This document shows positions 29,482-38,851 of a DNA stretch of 64,000 bases, piece after piece. The number at the start of each line of letters is the position of its first letter. Within the stretch, counting starts at the first letter, position 1. Made by a program: the position numbers and the translations under genes. The stretch lies in assembly GCA_964230645.1 (NCBI GenBank), contig CAXRHT010000002.1:640001-704000 (forward strand). Reading direction: 5' to 3'. The notes beneath the pieces were generated by a model that was given only the letters and a program-made list of their open reading frames with translations, was not told the origin of the DNA and did no database searches. The DNA is from Bdellovibrionales bacterium (GTDB lineage Bacteria > Bdellovibrionota > Bdellovibrionia > Bdellovibrionales > JAGQZY01).

Positions 29482-29775
29482 GAAAATCAAATAACACGAC
29501 TAGAGCAGCAGTACCAAAGCGACATTCCCTAGCCTGTGATAGTTTTCAAACAAATCTTTAATTTTTTAAATTTCATATTGAGAAGAGCTTTTCAAAGACT
29601 CCGGATTTTATTTTTTTCGGGTAACTTTTTGACGATTCCATTTTGCCTCCTCAATTTCGTCAAAAAGTTCTACTCTTTCCTTAAAAGAAAATTCTTTTTT
29701 CTCATATTGATTCTTTGAATTAATTAGTTATTCCAGTAACATAGATATATGTACACGACTAAAGGCGGTGACGGA

Positions 29776-30240
29776 ATGAAAAACCTATTACTAACGTTTG
29801 TTCTCTTGCTCATTTATCCCCTAACGCTTCAGGCTCAAGATGGGATCGATACAACTCTGTTCGATGAGCTCCCTATTAAACAAACCGAAATCTCACAAGT
29901 GACTCACTTGTTTTGGAATGCCAAAAGTATCCAAGACAATGTTAGGCAATCCCTGCCAAGTCATGTGAGCTCTAAATTCTATAAAAGTGATGGAGCCAGA
30001 GGTTGCAAGGTTGATAACGTTTTTAAAACGGAAGTTTCGGTGGAAGCTTGTGAGTTGAGCGATGACCCGGAGAAAATTGCTAACTTTATCTATAATTTTA
30101 ATGTCTCGTGTAACTTTGGATCTTATCAGATTTCTGTTTGCTCAAGAGAGGAAAGTAAGCTTTTAAACCAGCTAAAGGTCTCTAACCCTGAGAAACTCGT
30201 TTCTGACGATAATCCTTTTGACCTTGATTCCACAATGTAA
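29776..30240 (+). CDS. Secreted hypothetical protein
   Basis: MKNLLLTFVLLL signal peptide (LQA|Q); 4 Cys. Confidence 0.7.
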   Translation: MKNLLLTFVLLLIYPLTLQAQDGIDTTLFDELPIKQTEISQVTHLFWNAKSIQDNVRQSLPSHVSSKFYKSDGARGCKVDNVFKTEVSVEACELSDDPEKIANFIYNFNVSCNFGSYQISVCSREESKLLNQLKVSNPEKLVSDDNPFDLDSTM

Positions 30241-30254
30241 TTAACTTAAGGGAC

Positions 30255-31235
30255 GTGGGATCCCAGAAGATATTCGCCATTGGAGACATCCATGGATGTG
30301 CCCAAGAGCTTAGCGACCTAATTGCCAAACTGCCTTTAGACAATAATAGTAAAATTGTCTTTCTTGGCGATTATATCGATCGCGGCCCGGATTCTCGAAA
30401 TGTCATCGAACAAATCATTGAACTGAGCGACCAGTATGAAGTGGTCGCTTTAAGGGGCAACCACGAGGCTATGCTCTTAGAGTTTTTTAATGACCCTTCA
30501 TCAAGTATGGCCGGTTTTTTTATCCTTAATGGCGGCAGTGCCACACTCGCAAGCTACATCTACCAGGACAACCAGTATCAGATTCCTGATGAGCATATGA
30601 ACTTTTTCAATAACCTCCCCTACTACCACGAAACCGAAGACTACTTTTTCGTCCACGCGGGTGTACCTAATATAAAAATTGATCAAATCGATGTTGAAAC
30701 CCACAAGCATGAGCTTTTATGGATTAGAGAAGGATTTTTGCGCTCGCGCTTTAACTGGCGCAAAAAAATTATCCACGGCCATTCTCCGAGGCCTGAGCCT
30801 GAAATCAAAAAAAATCGTATCAACCTTGATACGGGTTGCGTGTTTAGTGGCCAACTCACTGCCATCGAGCTACCCAGTGAAACCATCTACCAAGTTCCAG
30901 CCCGTAAGAAAATCCCACGCACCTTTCTTAAAGAAAGTCCACAGAGTTCAAGAGTGGCCAAACGTTTCTTAGGTGAGATCCCTGTCTTTGTTGAAACTAA
31001 AGAGGGTTATGATGAGTTCACCACGATCAACTACAATGAATTTGGACTCTTGATTGTCGACCTTAAAGGCGGTGCTCCCCTTTTTGAAGTGGGTCAGGTA
31101 ATCACCGGAAAAATAGGCAGTCTTTCTTCTGTACAGATAGAATTTACAGGGGAAGTAGTGAGGCATCAAAAACACCGCAACCAAATGAGCTACGGTATAA
31201 AGATGCTCGATCCACTCAGTAAAAATTCAATTTAA
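30255..31235 (+). CDS. PPP-family metallophosphoesterase fused to a C-terminal PilZ domain
   Basis: GDIHG, GDYIDRG, RGNHE, HAG, HGHS, LDTG; C-terminal RVAKR...NYNEFG...YGIKM. Confidence 0.85.
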   Translation: MGSQKIFAIGDIHGCAQELSDLIAKLPLDNNSKIVFLGDYIDRGPDSRNVIEQIIELSDQYEVVALRGNHEAMLLEFFNDPSSSMAGFFILNGGSATLASYIYQDNQYQIPDEHMNFFNNLPYYHETEDYFFVHAGVPNIKIDQIDVETHKHELLWIREGFLRSRFNWRKKIIHGHSPRPEPEIKKNRINLDTGCVFSGQLTAIELPSETIYQVPARKKIPRTFLKESPQSSRVAKRFLGEIPVFVETKEGYDEFTTINYNEFGLLIVDLKGGAPLFEVGQVITGKIGSLSSVQIEFTGEVVRHQKHRNQMSYGIKMLDPLSKNSI

Positions 31236-31387
31236 AAAATATACACACTGACTTTGAGAGTCACTAAAAACCAAAATGGCACCACGTTTTCAGCCAAGTT
31301 TTGTCACCTCAAGAGTTTTTAAAATTCCACTCAGTCTTCCATTAAAAAACAATGGGTTTTCAACCTGTTCTTTGAAATTTTAACAAC

Positions 31388-31403
31388 TGGCACTGTCCTT
31401 GTA
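31388..31403 (+). promoter_or_regulatory. Sigma-54-like promoter
   Basis: TGGCAC-TGTCC-TTGTA versus TGGCAC-N5-TTGC(A/T). Confidence 0.5.
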
Positions 31404-31427
31404 TTAAGAAGAAACCAACAAGATTCC

Positions 31428-32351
31428 ATGAAGGAATCAAAACTTAAAACAGAAGAGGTCATTATGAGGTCTATAACAGAGCTTAATCAGCCGTGCTATG
31501 CCCTGATCACAGGGTTCATTGTTGTTTTAGTAAACTTAAACTTTGCGCAAGCTCAAATTTGCGCGAACTTTCAAGTCGAAGATGCCGCCTGGGGCATGAC
31601 CCCTAGGCAAGCCGAGCGCATGCTCTCAAACGCCGAACTTCCTAATAACCAGAGGGTGAGTCGTAGTGAAAAGATAGAGCGTGTAAAAAATCATATCGAT
31701 GTTTTCCATAATGGTTCGAACATCATTAGTAACGACGAACTCGCCCGAACTCTTGTCGATGTGGCCGAGTGCACAGGCCATGACTTCACTTTCTTTGCTG
31801 GAATCATCAAAAAAGAATCCACTTACTGTTTAGATCGCCATAACAATGGCAGCGGAGCTTCCGGTTGCGGGCAATTTACCTCTTGGCCCATCCGCGTTTA
31901 TAAAAATCAATTGCTTCTTCCCGGACGAGAGGAAAACGGCGACCCAGATTTTAAGGCCGCTATTGAAACCCTCCTTTCTCGTTGCTATGAAGGACGTCCT
32001 GAAAAGATCGATCAGTTTATAGAGCTTTTCTCTCAGTCACGCTCCACAGTGAAATCCTTTTTAAGAAGAGGTGAAGACACAGAAATGGACCTAGTGGCCT
32101 CAGCCATTTACCTAAAATTCTACTACGCCCGTACTGGCTTTTACTACAATCCCCATTCTCGCGCAGCTGGCGCCTTATCTCTTTACGGAGAGGGCTCCTC
32201 TTACGCTACACAGGCGATGAACACCATCAATCAGGTCAACTACACCTGCAGCGAGAATGACCCCTATTTACTTGATATTGAAGATACCAGTTGTGAGCTT
32301 TCTGATGATCCGGCGGCCTGCCATCTCACAACTCCGACCTACGATATTTAA
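31428..32351 (+). CDS. Secreted lytic transglycosylase (SLT)-like protein
   Basis: IIKKESTY (catalytic ES), ASGCGQFT, DLVASAIYLK; start codon uncertain. Confidence 0.6.
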   Translation: MKESKLKTEEVIMRSITELNQPCYALITGFIVVLVNLNFAQAQICANFQVEDAAWGMTPRQAERMLSNAELPNNQRVSRSEKIERVKNHIDVFHNGSNIISNDELARTLVDVAECTGHDFTFFAGIIKKESTYCLDRHNNGSGASGCGQFTSWPIRVYKNQLLLPGREENGDPDFKAAIETLLSRCYEGRPEKIDQFIELFSQSRSTVKSFLRRGEDTEMDLVASAIYLKFYYARTGFYYNPHSRAAGALSLYGEGSSYATQAMNTINQVNYTCSENDPYLLDIEDTSCELSDDPAACHLTTPTYDI

Positions 32352-32381
32352 ATAATATCGTAAATTCCCAAATCCCATCCC

Positions 32382-32417
32382 AAGGCTGAGGCTCGGATCC
32401 CCTCAGCCTTTCCTTTT
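32382..32417 (+). terminator. Intrinsic terminator
   Basis: AAGGCTGAGG-loop-CCTCAGCCTT followed by a T-rich tail. Confidence 0.75.
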
Positions 32418-33199
32418 TGCACTTTTCAATTTATCCTAATGTTGTGAACAAATCAGCCCTCAAAAGACTTTTACAGCTCTCCTTAGCCATAAGCCTTTTA
32501 ACCCTAGGCTATCTCGCATTGGCCTATAATAAAGCCGAGAAAAAGCAAGAAAAGCTCACACAATCAAGACGCCTAATCAATAAACCAAAACTTTCAAAGA
32601 AAAGATTTGAAGAGCGCATGAAGGATCTTGAGTCCTCTGTTGCCGCGAGAGTGAAAACAGAACTTCAGACCATCAATAAACACGATAAAAAAATAGCCAT
32701 CTTGGTTTATAAAAAGGAGCGCGTCTTAGAGCTTTGGACCAATGACAAAAATAAGGAGCTTATTAAAAGTTACCCCATGACCGCCTACTCCGGAATGCTA
32801 GGACCTAAAAACCAAGAGGGAGACTTTCAAATACCCGAAGGGATTTATAAAGCCACCTTCCTTCACCCAAACAGTCAGTACCATCTTTCGATCAAAGTGG
32901 GTTACCCCAATAAAAACGATAAAAAGCGGGCCAAGAAAAACAATATCAAAGACCCTGGAGGGGAAATTTTTATCCATGGCAGTAATGTCACTATTGGTTG
33001 CGTCCCCATCGGGGACCACAATATCGAGGAACTTTTTTATCTTGTGGCAAAAGCAGGCCTTAGTAACACAAAAATTCTAATCGCCCCACAAAAGAGGCCC
33101 TTTCCAAAGCTTGAAAGTCTTCTAGAGCTTTCCGCTGGAGACACTCTTTTGCAGGAGAAGTACAAGAAGCTTGAGGAAGCCCTTAAGGATTACCAGTAG
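32417..33199 (+). CDS. YkuD-family L,D-transpeptidase (LdtF/DpaA-like)
   Basis: GPKNQEGDFQIPEGIY, YHLSIKVGYPN, IFIHGSNVTIGC; start uncertain (GTG 32444 possible). Confidence 0.88.
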   Translation: MHFSIYPNVVNKSALKRLLQLSLAISLLTLGYLALAYNKAEKKQEKLTQSRRLINKPKLSKKRFEERMKDLESSVAARVKTELQTINKHDKKIAILVYKKERVLELWTNDKNKELIKSYPMTAYSGMLGPKNQEGDFQIPEGIYKATFLHPNSQYHLSIKVGYPNKNDKKRAKKNNIKDPGGEIFIHGSNVTIGCVPIGDHNIEELFYLVAKAGLSNTKILIAPQKRPFPKLESLLELSAGDTLLQEKYKKLEEALKDYQ

Positions 33200-34460
33200 A
33201 ATTTTGATTTAATTTACACTGAATTTTAATTCGTTTTGAAAGCTGCAAGAAAGTTTTGAAATTTCTTTCATAGCCCTTCATTTTCTTTAGCTTCTGATCA
33301 AGACCCCATTGAAAAATCTCGTCCCCACAGATGACCTCTTGAAGGACCGTCTGCTCGCCTTTATAAAGATAAACCCAATTGCGCGCATCATAACCAAAAA
33401 TTTTGGATTCTTCATCTGCCATCACCTGACGGCGGAAATTACTGGCAAAATGCTTTTTTCTTTTCTCAAAAGAGTTCTCCGCATCTTTGAGCTTTCTTAC
33501 CGAAAGAAAGACCTTAAGGGGGTCATTCTTTTTTTCCTTAACAAGGTAGCCTTGCCTCGCCTTAGTATCGATCACATTTTTTATAAAAAAGCGTCTTCGG
33601 TCGATATCAAATTGAATCTTCCAATTTTGAGTTTCAATCTCAAAGGCCTCTTTATTGGCTTTATTAAGCTTTGCTTGCGAGCCATACTCCATGGTGTAAA
33701 AACCTGAAACGACAAGAACACTTATGAAAGCAAGACTTGTCAGAACTAAAGAAAGAGAAAGCCTTTTACCATCGCGGTGGTTAGAAAAATAAAACTTGGT
33801 GTATAGGCTTGCCATAAAAAAAGTGGAGACAAACATAAGGGCCGTAAAAAGAGTGTGTATTAACTGTTGGCTTAAAAGTGGCGGCACTTCTTTTAAACTC
33901 TGTACTAAGTGGTAGCTTGGAAAAAAGCCACCAATTGGCACCTGATCGGACAAATTCTCCATGGCGTCTCCCATGGCAAAAAAGATCAGAAGAAAGGGAG
34001 CGAGTACACTCATCTCTTTTTCATTTTTAAAAAAGACCCCTAAAGTGTAGCCAAAAAAACAGGTGGTCCCTGCAAAGAAGAAACAATTAAGAAGAGCAAA
34101 GGGCCTTGTCAGCAAATCAAAGCGGTTATTTAAAAGCATACTCAAAAGTGTAAAAGTCAGGCACAAAATAAGGTTAAAGAGAAATTTTCCTAATAAAAGC
34201 TCTGAGCCCTTTAAAGGGGTTGTCAGCAAAGAAACCAGTGTTCCTTTGTTTTTCTCTTCGGTGATTAAGTAGCTCGTAGAAAATATCCCCACAAAAGCAT
34301 TAATAAAGGAAAGAGAAAAACCAAAGGTACCACCGCTATCAAGCCTTGAGAAAAAAAGCATAAGGAAAACTGGCATCACCATAAGTGCCAAAAGTTTTGA
34401 GTTTTGCTTGGCCCAATAGAGATCTTTTTGCAAAATAATGAAGGCTCGCTGGAAAGACAT
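33183..34460 (-). CDS. ABC-2 type transporter permease with extra C-terminal domain
   Basis: TEEKNKGTLVSLLTTP...LLGK; multiple TM helices. Confidence 0.8.
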   Translation of the reverse strand: MSFQRAFIILQKDLYWAKQNSKLLALMVMPVFLMLFFSRLDSGGTFGFSLSFINAFVGIFSTSYLITEEKNKGTLVSLLTTPLKGSELLLGKFLFNLILCLTFTLLSMLLNNRFDLLTRPFALLNCFFFAGTTCFFGYTLGVFFKNEKEMSVLAPFLLIFFAMGDAMENLSDQVPIGGFFPSYHLVQSLKEVPPLLSQQLIHTLFTALMFVSTFFMASLYTKFYFSNHRDGKRLSLSLVLTSLAFISVLVVSGFYTMEYGSQAKLNKANKEAFEIETQNWKIQFDIDRRRFFIKNVIDTKARQGYLVKEKKNDPLKVFLSVRKLKDAENSFEKRKKHFASNFRRQVMADEESKIFGYDARNWVYLYKGEQTVLQEVICGDEIFQWGLDQKLKKMKGYERNFKTFLQLSKRIKIQCKLNQNSTGNP

Positions 34461-35311
34461 TAGTGGGCACTCCCCACAAGCTTAATAAAAATATCCTCAA
34501 GCTTTGGCTCATGGGAATTGATACTTAAGATCTCACCCTCGTTTTCCATTTGGGCAAGCTCTCTCACCCAATTCTCTTTCTTTTCAATGGAGTGGTAACG
34601 AATCTCTTCGCCAATTTTAATTTGCACATCAACAGTGGGAAGAGAGTACTTTCTTTTAAGCTCCCTAGGGCTCCCCTCTTCCACTTTCTCCCCTCGATTA
34701 ATAAATACGATCTTATCACAAAGCCTGTCCACATCGTTCATCAAATGGGTGGTAAGTAAAAGGGTTGTGCCCTCTTTTTTAAGACCTTCTAAAATTCCGT
34801 AGATGGCTTCTGCTGAACTTGGATCAAGACCCGTTGTGGGTTCATCCAGAAGAATAAACTTAGGTCTATGCACAAGAGCCCTTGCGATAAGAACTCTTTG
34901 CCTAAGGCCTTTAGAGAGATTTTTAATCTTCTCTTTTTTCTTTTCAGTCAGTTGAATCTGCTCGATGATCCACTCGGTCTCTTTGGCCCCTTTGCCATAG
35001 AGCTTGGCAAAGATTTCAATGTTATTAAACACACTGAACTCTTCATAAAGAGCCTGGTTATCAGGGATATACCCAATATAGGGATGGATCTTTTTAGGCT
35101 CCTTGGAAGGGTCTTCCCCCAGCACATTGATGTGCCCACTGGTGGGCCTCATTTGCCCTGTGATAAGCCTAATCGTGGTGGACTTCCCCGCCCCATTTGA
35201 GCCCAAAAGCCCCACACACTCGCCCGCAGTGATCTCAAAGTCCAAATGATTGAGAGCCTGGAATTTTCCATAGGTTTTACAAAGCCCTGAGATTTCTAAC
35301 ACTTTTTCCAT
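34460..35311 (-). CDS. ABC transporter ATP-binding protein
   Basis: GSNGAGKST, LSKGLRQR, LLDEPT. Confidence 0.95.
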   Translation of the reverse strand: MEKVLEISGLCKTYGKFQALNHLDFEITAGECVGLLGSNGAGKSTTIRLITGQMRPTSGHINVLGEDPSKEPKKIHPYIGYIPDNQALYEEFSVFNNIEIFAKLYGKGAKETEWIIEQIQLTEKKKEKIKNLSKGLRQRVLIARALVHRPKFILLDEPTTGLDPSSAEAIYGILEGLKKEGTTLLLTTHLMNDVDRLCDKIVFINRGEKVEEGSPRELKRKYSLPTVDVQIKIGEEIRYHSIEKKENWVRELAQMENEGEILSINSHEPKLEDIFIKLVGSAH

Positions 35312-35493
35312 TTACAAGATTTGTAGGTGAAGCCACCCCAAGGCGCAAACAAAAAAGCCCCGAGGACCAGGACAAGCCCCTAAGGTGATGAGACTTTAAG
35401 CAAAACCCCACTAATTCTCTCTATTTCCAAAAGATTTTGTTGCAAAACCCTTTACAATCAGTACAAATCATTTTATCACTACTTTTCTTTCGC

Positions 35494-35570
35494 GGGGTTG
35501 TAGTAGAGTTGGTTACAACGCTGGCCTGTCACGCCGGAGGTCGCGGGTTCGAGTCCCGTCAACCCCGCCA
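35494..35570 (+). tRNA. tRNA-Asp (GTC)
   Basis: GGGGTTG/CAACCCC acceptor stem, G discriminator + CCA, anticodon loop CTGTCAC, TTCGAGT T-loop. Confidence 0.96.
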
Positions 35571-35580
35571 TTATAAATCT

Positions 35581-35620
35581 GATATCAGATATCAAATATC
35601 CGTTATCAGATATCCGACCA
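35581..35620. repeat. Degenerate heptamer tandem repeat
   Basis: GATATCA GATATCA AATATCC GTTATCA GATATCC. Confidence 0.8.
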
Positions 35621-35621
35621 G

Positions 35622-35936
35622 TCACCTGAAACCCTGAATATCCGATTTCAATAACTTATAAAGACAAGCCCCTAAATGATCCGCCGCTTTGTGAATCTCA
35701 GGATTTTCAATCCTAGCCAGCCTAAAAATACTCTGACACTCTCTCAGTGAGCCATAGGCCGTCTGAAAAAATCTCTTTTTATCCTTCACCGAATTCTTAC
35801 CATTCCCCTCCGCCAAATTCAGCGCAATGGAACTCGAAGCCCTCAACAACTGATCCCTCAAATTCCCTTTAATCTCCGCCTCTACGGACAAATGATAAAA
35901 CTTCTCGGCCAATTCCAATGTTCTAAACGTTTTCAT
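35622..35936 (-). CDS. Four-helix-bundle protein (TIGR02436 / 23S rRNA IVP-like)
   Basis: LRDQLLRASSSIALNLAEG...RFFQTAYGSLRECQ; start MKTF with AAGGAG RBS. Confidence 0.9.
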   Translation of the reverse strand: MKTFRTLELAEKFYHLSVEAEIKGNLRDQLLRASSSIALNLAEGNGKNSVKDKKRFFQTAYGSLRECQSIFRLARIENPEIHKAADHLGACLYKLLKSDIQGFR

Positions 35937-36074
35937 ATGACTCCTTTGGTTAGGTATTGGTTTCAATCAAAAAATGGACCAACATCATTTTAAAGGAAGG
36001 GAACGGCACCACGTTCTATTTTGATTTTCTTAGAATATTTTCAAAATTGGTCTTGGTACCCTGAAAGGAAATTA

Positions 36075-37292
36075 ATGTCTGTTGAATCTTTTTTAGGTAA
36101 AGTTACTGCTCTTGCAAATATGTACACCGATATTAGAACTGATTCTTGGTTTGAGTTATACAATCTAAACGAAAAAGCCAGCTGGTCTGTTAAATATTTA
36201 CATAAAAGTAAAAGATTATTTTATAAAGAAACTTTGAGAGAATTGACTCTACTCTGTAAAGAACTGAATTTTATTGGCATTGAAGAAAGACAAAGTATTT
36301 TAGATACCCTACTCATTAAAGCTGTTGATAACTGCCTAGAGAGGAAGGATATCGAACAAATATTTGTTGATGCAAGACAGTCAAAATCTAAAAAGTATAC
36401 TCTTTTTAAGCCAATCTGGGGATTATCCAATGTCGAGAGATGGGAGATGGGTAAAATCAAAATTTTAGATCTAAAGCAATTTAAGAATGTCTTGAATAAA
36501 GATTGTCAAACTGGACCCCAAATACTGTATTCAATACAAAATTTCTTAAATAGTCCCAATTATGAGTTAACTCACTTTATAGGTTATACTAACACTACGA
36601 GAAGCAATGAGAGGCTAAAGGAAATTGCCTTATCCGACATTGAAATTTTTGAAAATATCTTGCGCTTCATTGGTGGTCCGTTCACTTTCAGCTACTGCTC
36701 TTCAACCAATCGTCAACCACCGAGAGGATGGGGTGATTTGTTCATTGGCGAAATTGACTCTTCTTTCCAAGCTGAAGGGAACATTCCAAGAAGACCATTT
36801 GATTTTAAAGCTTTATTAAACATAGGAGAAGATCTTCGCCCCCTAGTCGATTTTGCAAGTGGTACTAGAAAAACAAATTCTTACCAACAAAGAATTTTAA
36901 ATGCAGCATCAATGATCGGCAGTGCGATGTCCGAAAATAATTATAGCAATGGCTTTCTAAAATGCGTTATTGCTCTTGAGTCATTGTTTACACCAAGTAA
37001 AAATGATCTAATTTCACCTTCCATTAATGAACAGATTTCTCTAGCACTTTCATATATTCTCCACTCAGATTTGACCTTGAGGCAGTTACAATACAAAGAA
37101 ATGAAGAGTATTTATAATTTGCGAAGTAAAATAGTCCATACCGGGTACGGGAGTGTTCTAGAAGATGATTATTATTCAATATTGGACATGACCCACTCAG
37201 TTATCAAAATATTGATTTCTAAAAATCCATTCACTACATTTAAAAGCTACGACAACCTTAATGACTGGATTAGAACACAAAAACTTTCCTAA
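36075..37292 (+). CDS. HEPN-domain (ApeA-like) protein, putative RNase/defence
   Basis: VIALESLF...IYNLRSKIVHTG (R-x4-H); visibly AT-rich compared with neighbours. Confidence 0.75.
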   Translation: MSVESFLGKVTALANMYTDIRTDSWFELYNLNEKASWSVKYLHKSKRLFYKETLRELTLLCKELNFIGIEERQSILDTLLIKAVDNCLERKDIEQIFVDARQSKSKKYTLFKPIWGLSNVERWEMGKIKILDLKQFKNVLNKDCQTGPQILYSIQNFLNSPNYELTHFIGYTNTTRSNERLKEIALSDIEIFENILRFIGGPFTFSYCSSTNRQPPRGWGDLFIGEIDSSFQAEGNIPRRPFDFKALLNIGEDLRPLVDFASGTRKTNSYQQRILNAASMIGSAMSENNYSNGFLKCVIALESLFTPSKNDLISPSINEQISLALSYILHSDLTLRQLQYKEMKSIYNLRSKIVHTGYGSVLEDDYYSILDMTHSVIKILISKNPFTTFKSYDNLNDWIRTQKLS

Positions 37293-37526
37293 AATTCAGA
37301 TCTTGTATAAAATATATGATTCAGAATTCCTAATCTCACGTCATTTCTCTTCTAAGGGTACCAAGCCTCTTTTCCGGCATTTTGTTGAGTTTCAGGTTGC
37401 CAAACTATTAGTGCGAAAAAGCGTATGACTTACTTAAACCAGTAGAATTTAACAGTCCGGTCTAAAAACTCCTTCGCGTATTATCGTCTTTTGAAAACTT
37501 TGCCACTTTTTACTTCACAAATTAAA

Positions 37527-37562
37527 ATTTTACGACTGAAGATCAATTCAGCCGTAAATTTT
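37527..37562. terminator. Bidirectional terminator
   Basis: AATTTTACGACTGAA-loop-TTCAGCCGTAAATTTT between convergent genes. Confidence 0.55.
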
Positions 37563-37567
37563 GATAA

Positions 37568-38851
37568 TTAGTCTGCATTACTTGTTGTACAGCAAGGTTG
37601 AGTAATGGCCGAACCTGCTGTGACTTCAATAGTGGCGTGGCCATCTTCATTTTCAGTCATCACGCCAGAGCTCGATGTATAACCGATCACGCAGATGTTA
37701 GGAATCGTTCCCATTGGACATCGGTTAAAATTTGGTTGGATAACGTTCTGAATCGGAGGAAGGGTAGGTGTTGGTGGGGTGTTCCCTGGAGGGTTATGCT
37801 GGTTGCAGTAATCTTTTATTTGTTGTGCTATAAAATCACCAAATCCAGAAATAGAATCCTCGGCAGCCTGACCACGTGGTAGGTAAAAATACAGAGCTCC
37901 GATACCACCAGAAACCCCTCCAACAAATCCTCCTAAAGTTCCTAAAACCAAGGACGATCCCCCTCCAGTTTCTGGGGCGATTGGTGCGCCAGCAGTAACT
38001 CCTGAAGCAGCGCCTGTTAAGCCACCAATAATTGCGCCAGATATAGCTGCAAGCATTCCACCATTAAACCTTACCATCTCACCAAGTACATCGAATGTTA
38101 ATTCAGTACCGTTAGCGACAGCACGACATACGTCACGCCCTGAAAACATGGGAATAAGGGGCATGGGCTGTTCGACACTCGTAATAATTTCCCCACTATC
38201 TTTTTTAAAGTCGACACGAACCACAGCGTGACCAAGCTCATTTGTAGCACTCAAGATGCTTCTCTTCATTTTTACAGGTATTACTCTGTTGTTTTTATTC
38301 GTTACATTGAACTGGATTTGTGTATCTATATTAATACTATTCATAGACTGAACCGATGTTAAATCAGATTCCATATAGGAAAGTACACTATAATTTCCAA
38401 TGCATCGTTTATGACTGCTTCCTCGACAAGATTTGTCAGTAACGTAATATTCTTGCAGCATTTTATTTGTAGAATTAAATTTAGCGACATATAAACAACT
38501 CAAAAACTGACCCTGTGTTTGAGTTTGTACTGAAGGCATCACTGTTACAGGTTGTGCCACACCATCAATGAAGCGCATTGAACAATTGCTCCATGCAGCA
38601 GGTTTTTGACCAAGTATACTTTGAGCTAAACCTTCTGAATACACCTTTTTATCAAACCTGATAGCGAGTGCGGGGCTGATCGTAGGCCGACTGGCAGTGA
38701 TCTCACGAATTCGTTGAGCTCTTTTTTGTTTGAAATTTTCAATTCGCTCTTTAGTTTCTTTACTGCTTAAGTTCTTTCCATTTTTTTTATTCGAAGTGGT
38801 ACAGGAGGTTGTTCCGAGTACCATTAAAAAAATTACTATGTAGCGAATCAT
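37568..38851 (-). CDS. Lipoprotein with glycine-zipper hydrophobic hairpin and Cys-rich C-terminus
   Basis: TTSC lipobox; GAIIGGLTGAASG...APETGGGS...GGFVGGVSGG. Confidence 0.7.
   Translation of the reverse strand: MIRYIVIFLMVLGTTSCTTSNKKNGKNLSSKETKERIENFKQKRAQRIREITASRPTISPALAIRFDKKVYSEGLAQSILGQKPAAWSNCSMRFIDGVAQPVTVMPSVQTQTQGQFLSCLYVAKFNSTNKMLQEYYVTDKSCRGSSHKRCIGNYSVLSYMESDLTSVQSMNSINIDTQIQFNVTNKNNRVIPVKMKRSILSATNELGHAVVRVDFKKDSGEIITSVEQPMPLIPMFSGRDVCRAVANGTELTFDVLGEMVRFNGGMLAAISGAIIGGLTGAASGVTAGAPIAPETGGGSSLVLGTLGGFVGGVSGGIGALYFYLPRGQAAEDSISGFGDFIAQQIKDYCNQHNPPGNTPPTPTLPPIQNVIQPNFNRCPMGTIPNICVIGYTSSSGVMTENEDGHATIEVTAGSAITQPCCTTSNAD

Noticed and set aside
35437..35637. 66-aa ORF over tRNA-Asp
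   Set aside because: Spurious translation of the tRNA and heptamer repeats
13837..35936. DGR formed by the FGE/CLec gene and the Avd-like four-helix-bundle gene
   Set aside because: They are 20 kb apart, and no reverse transcriptase or template repeat was seen
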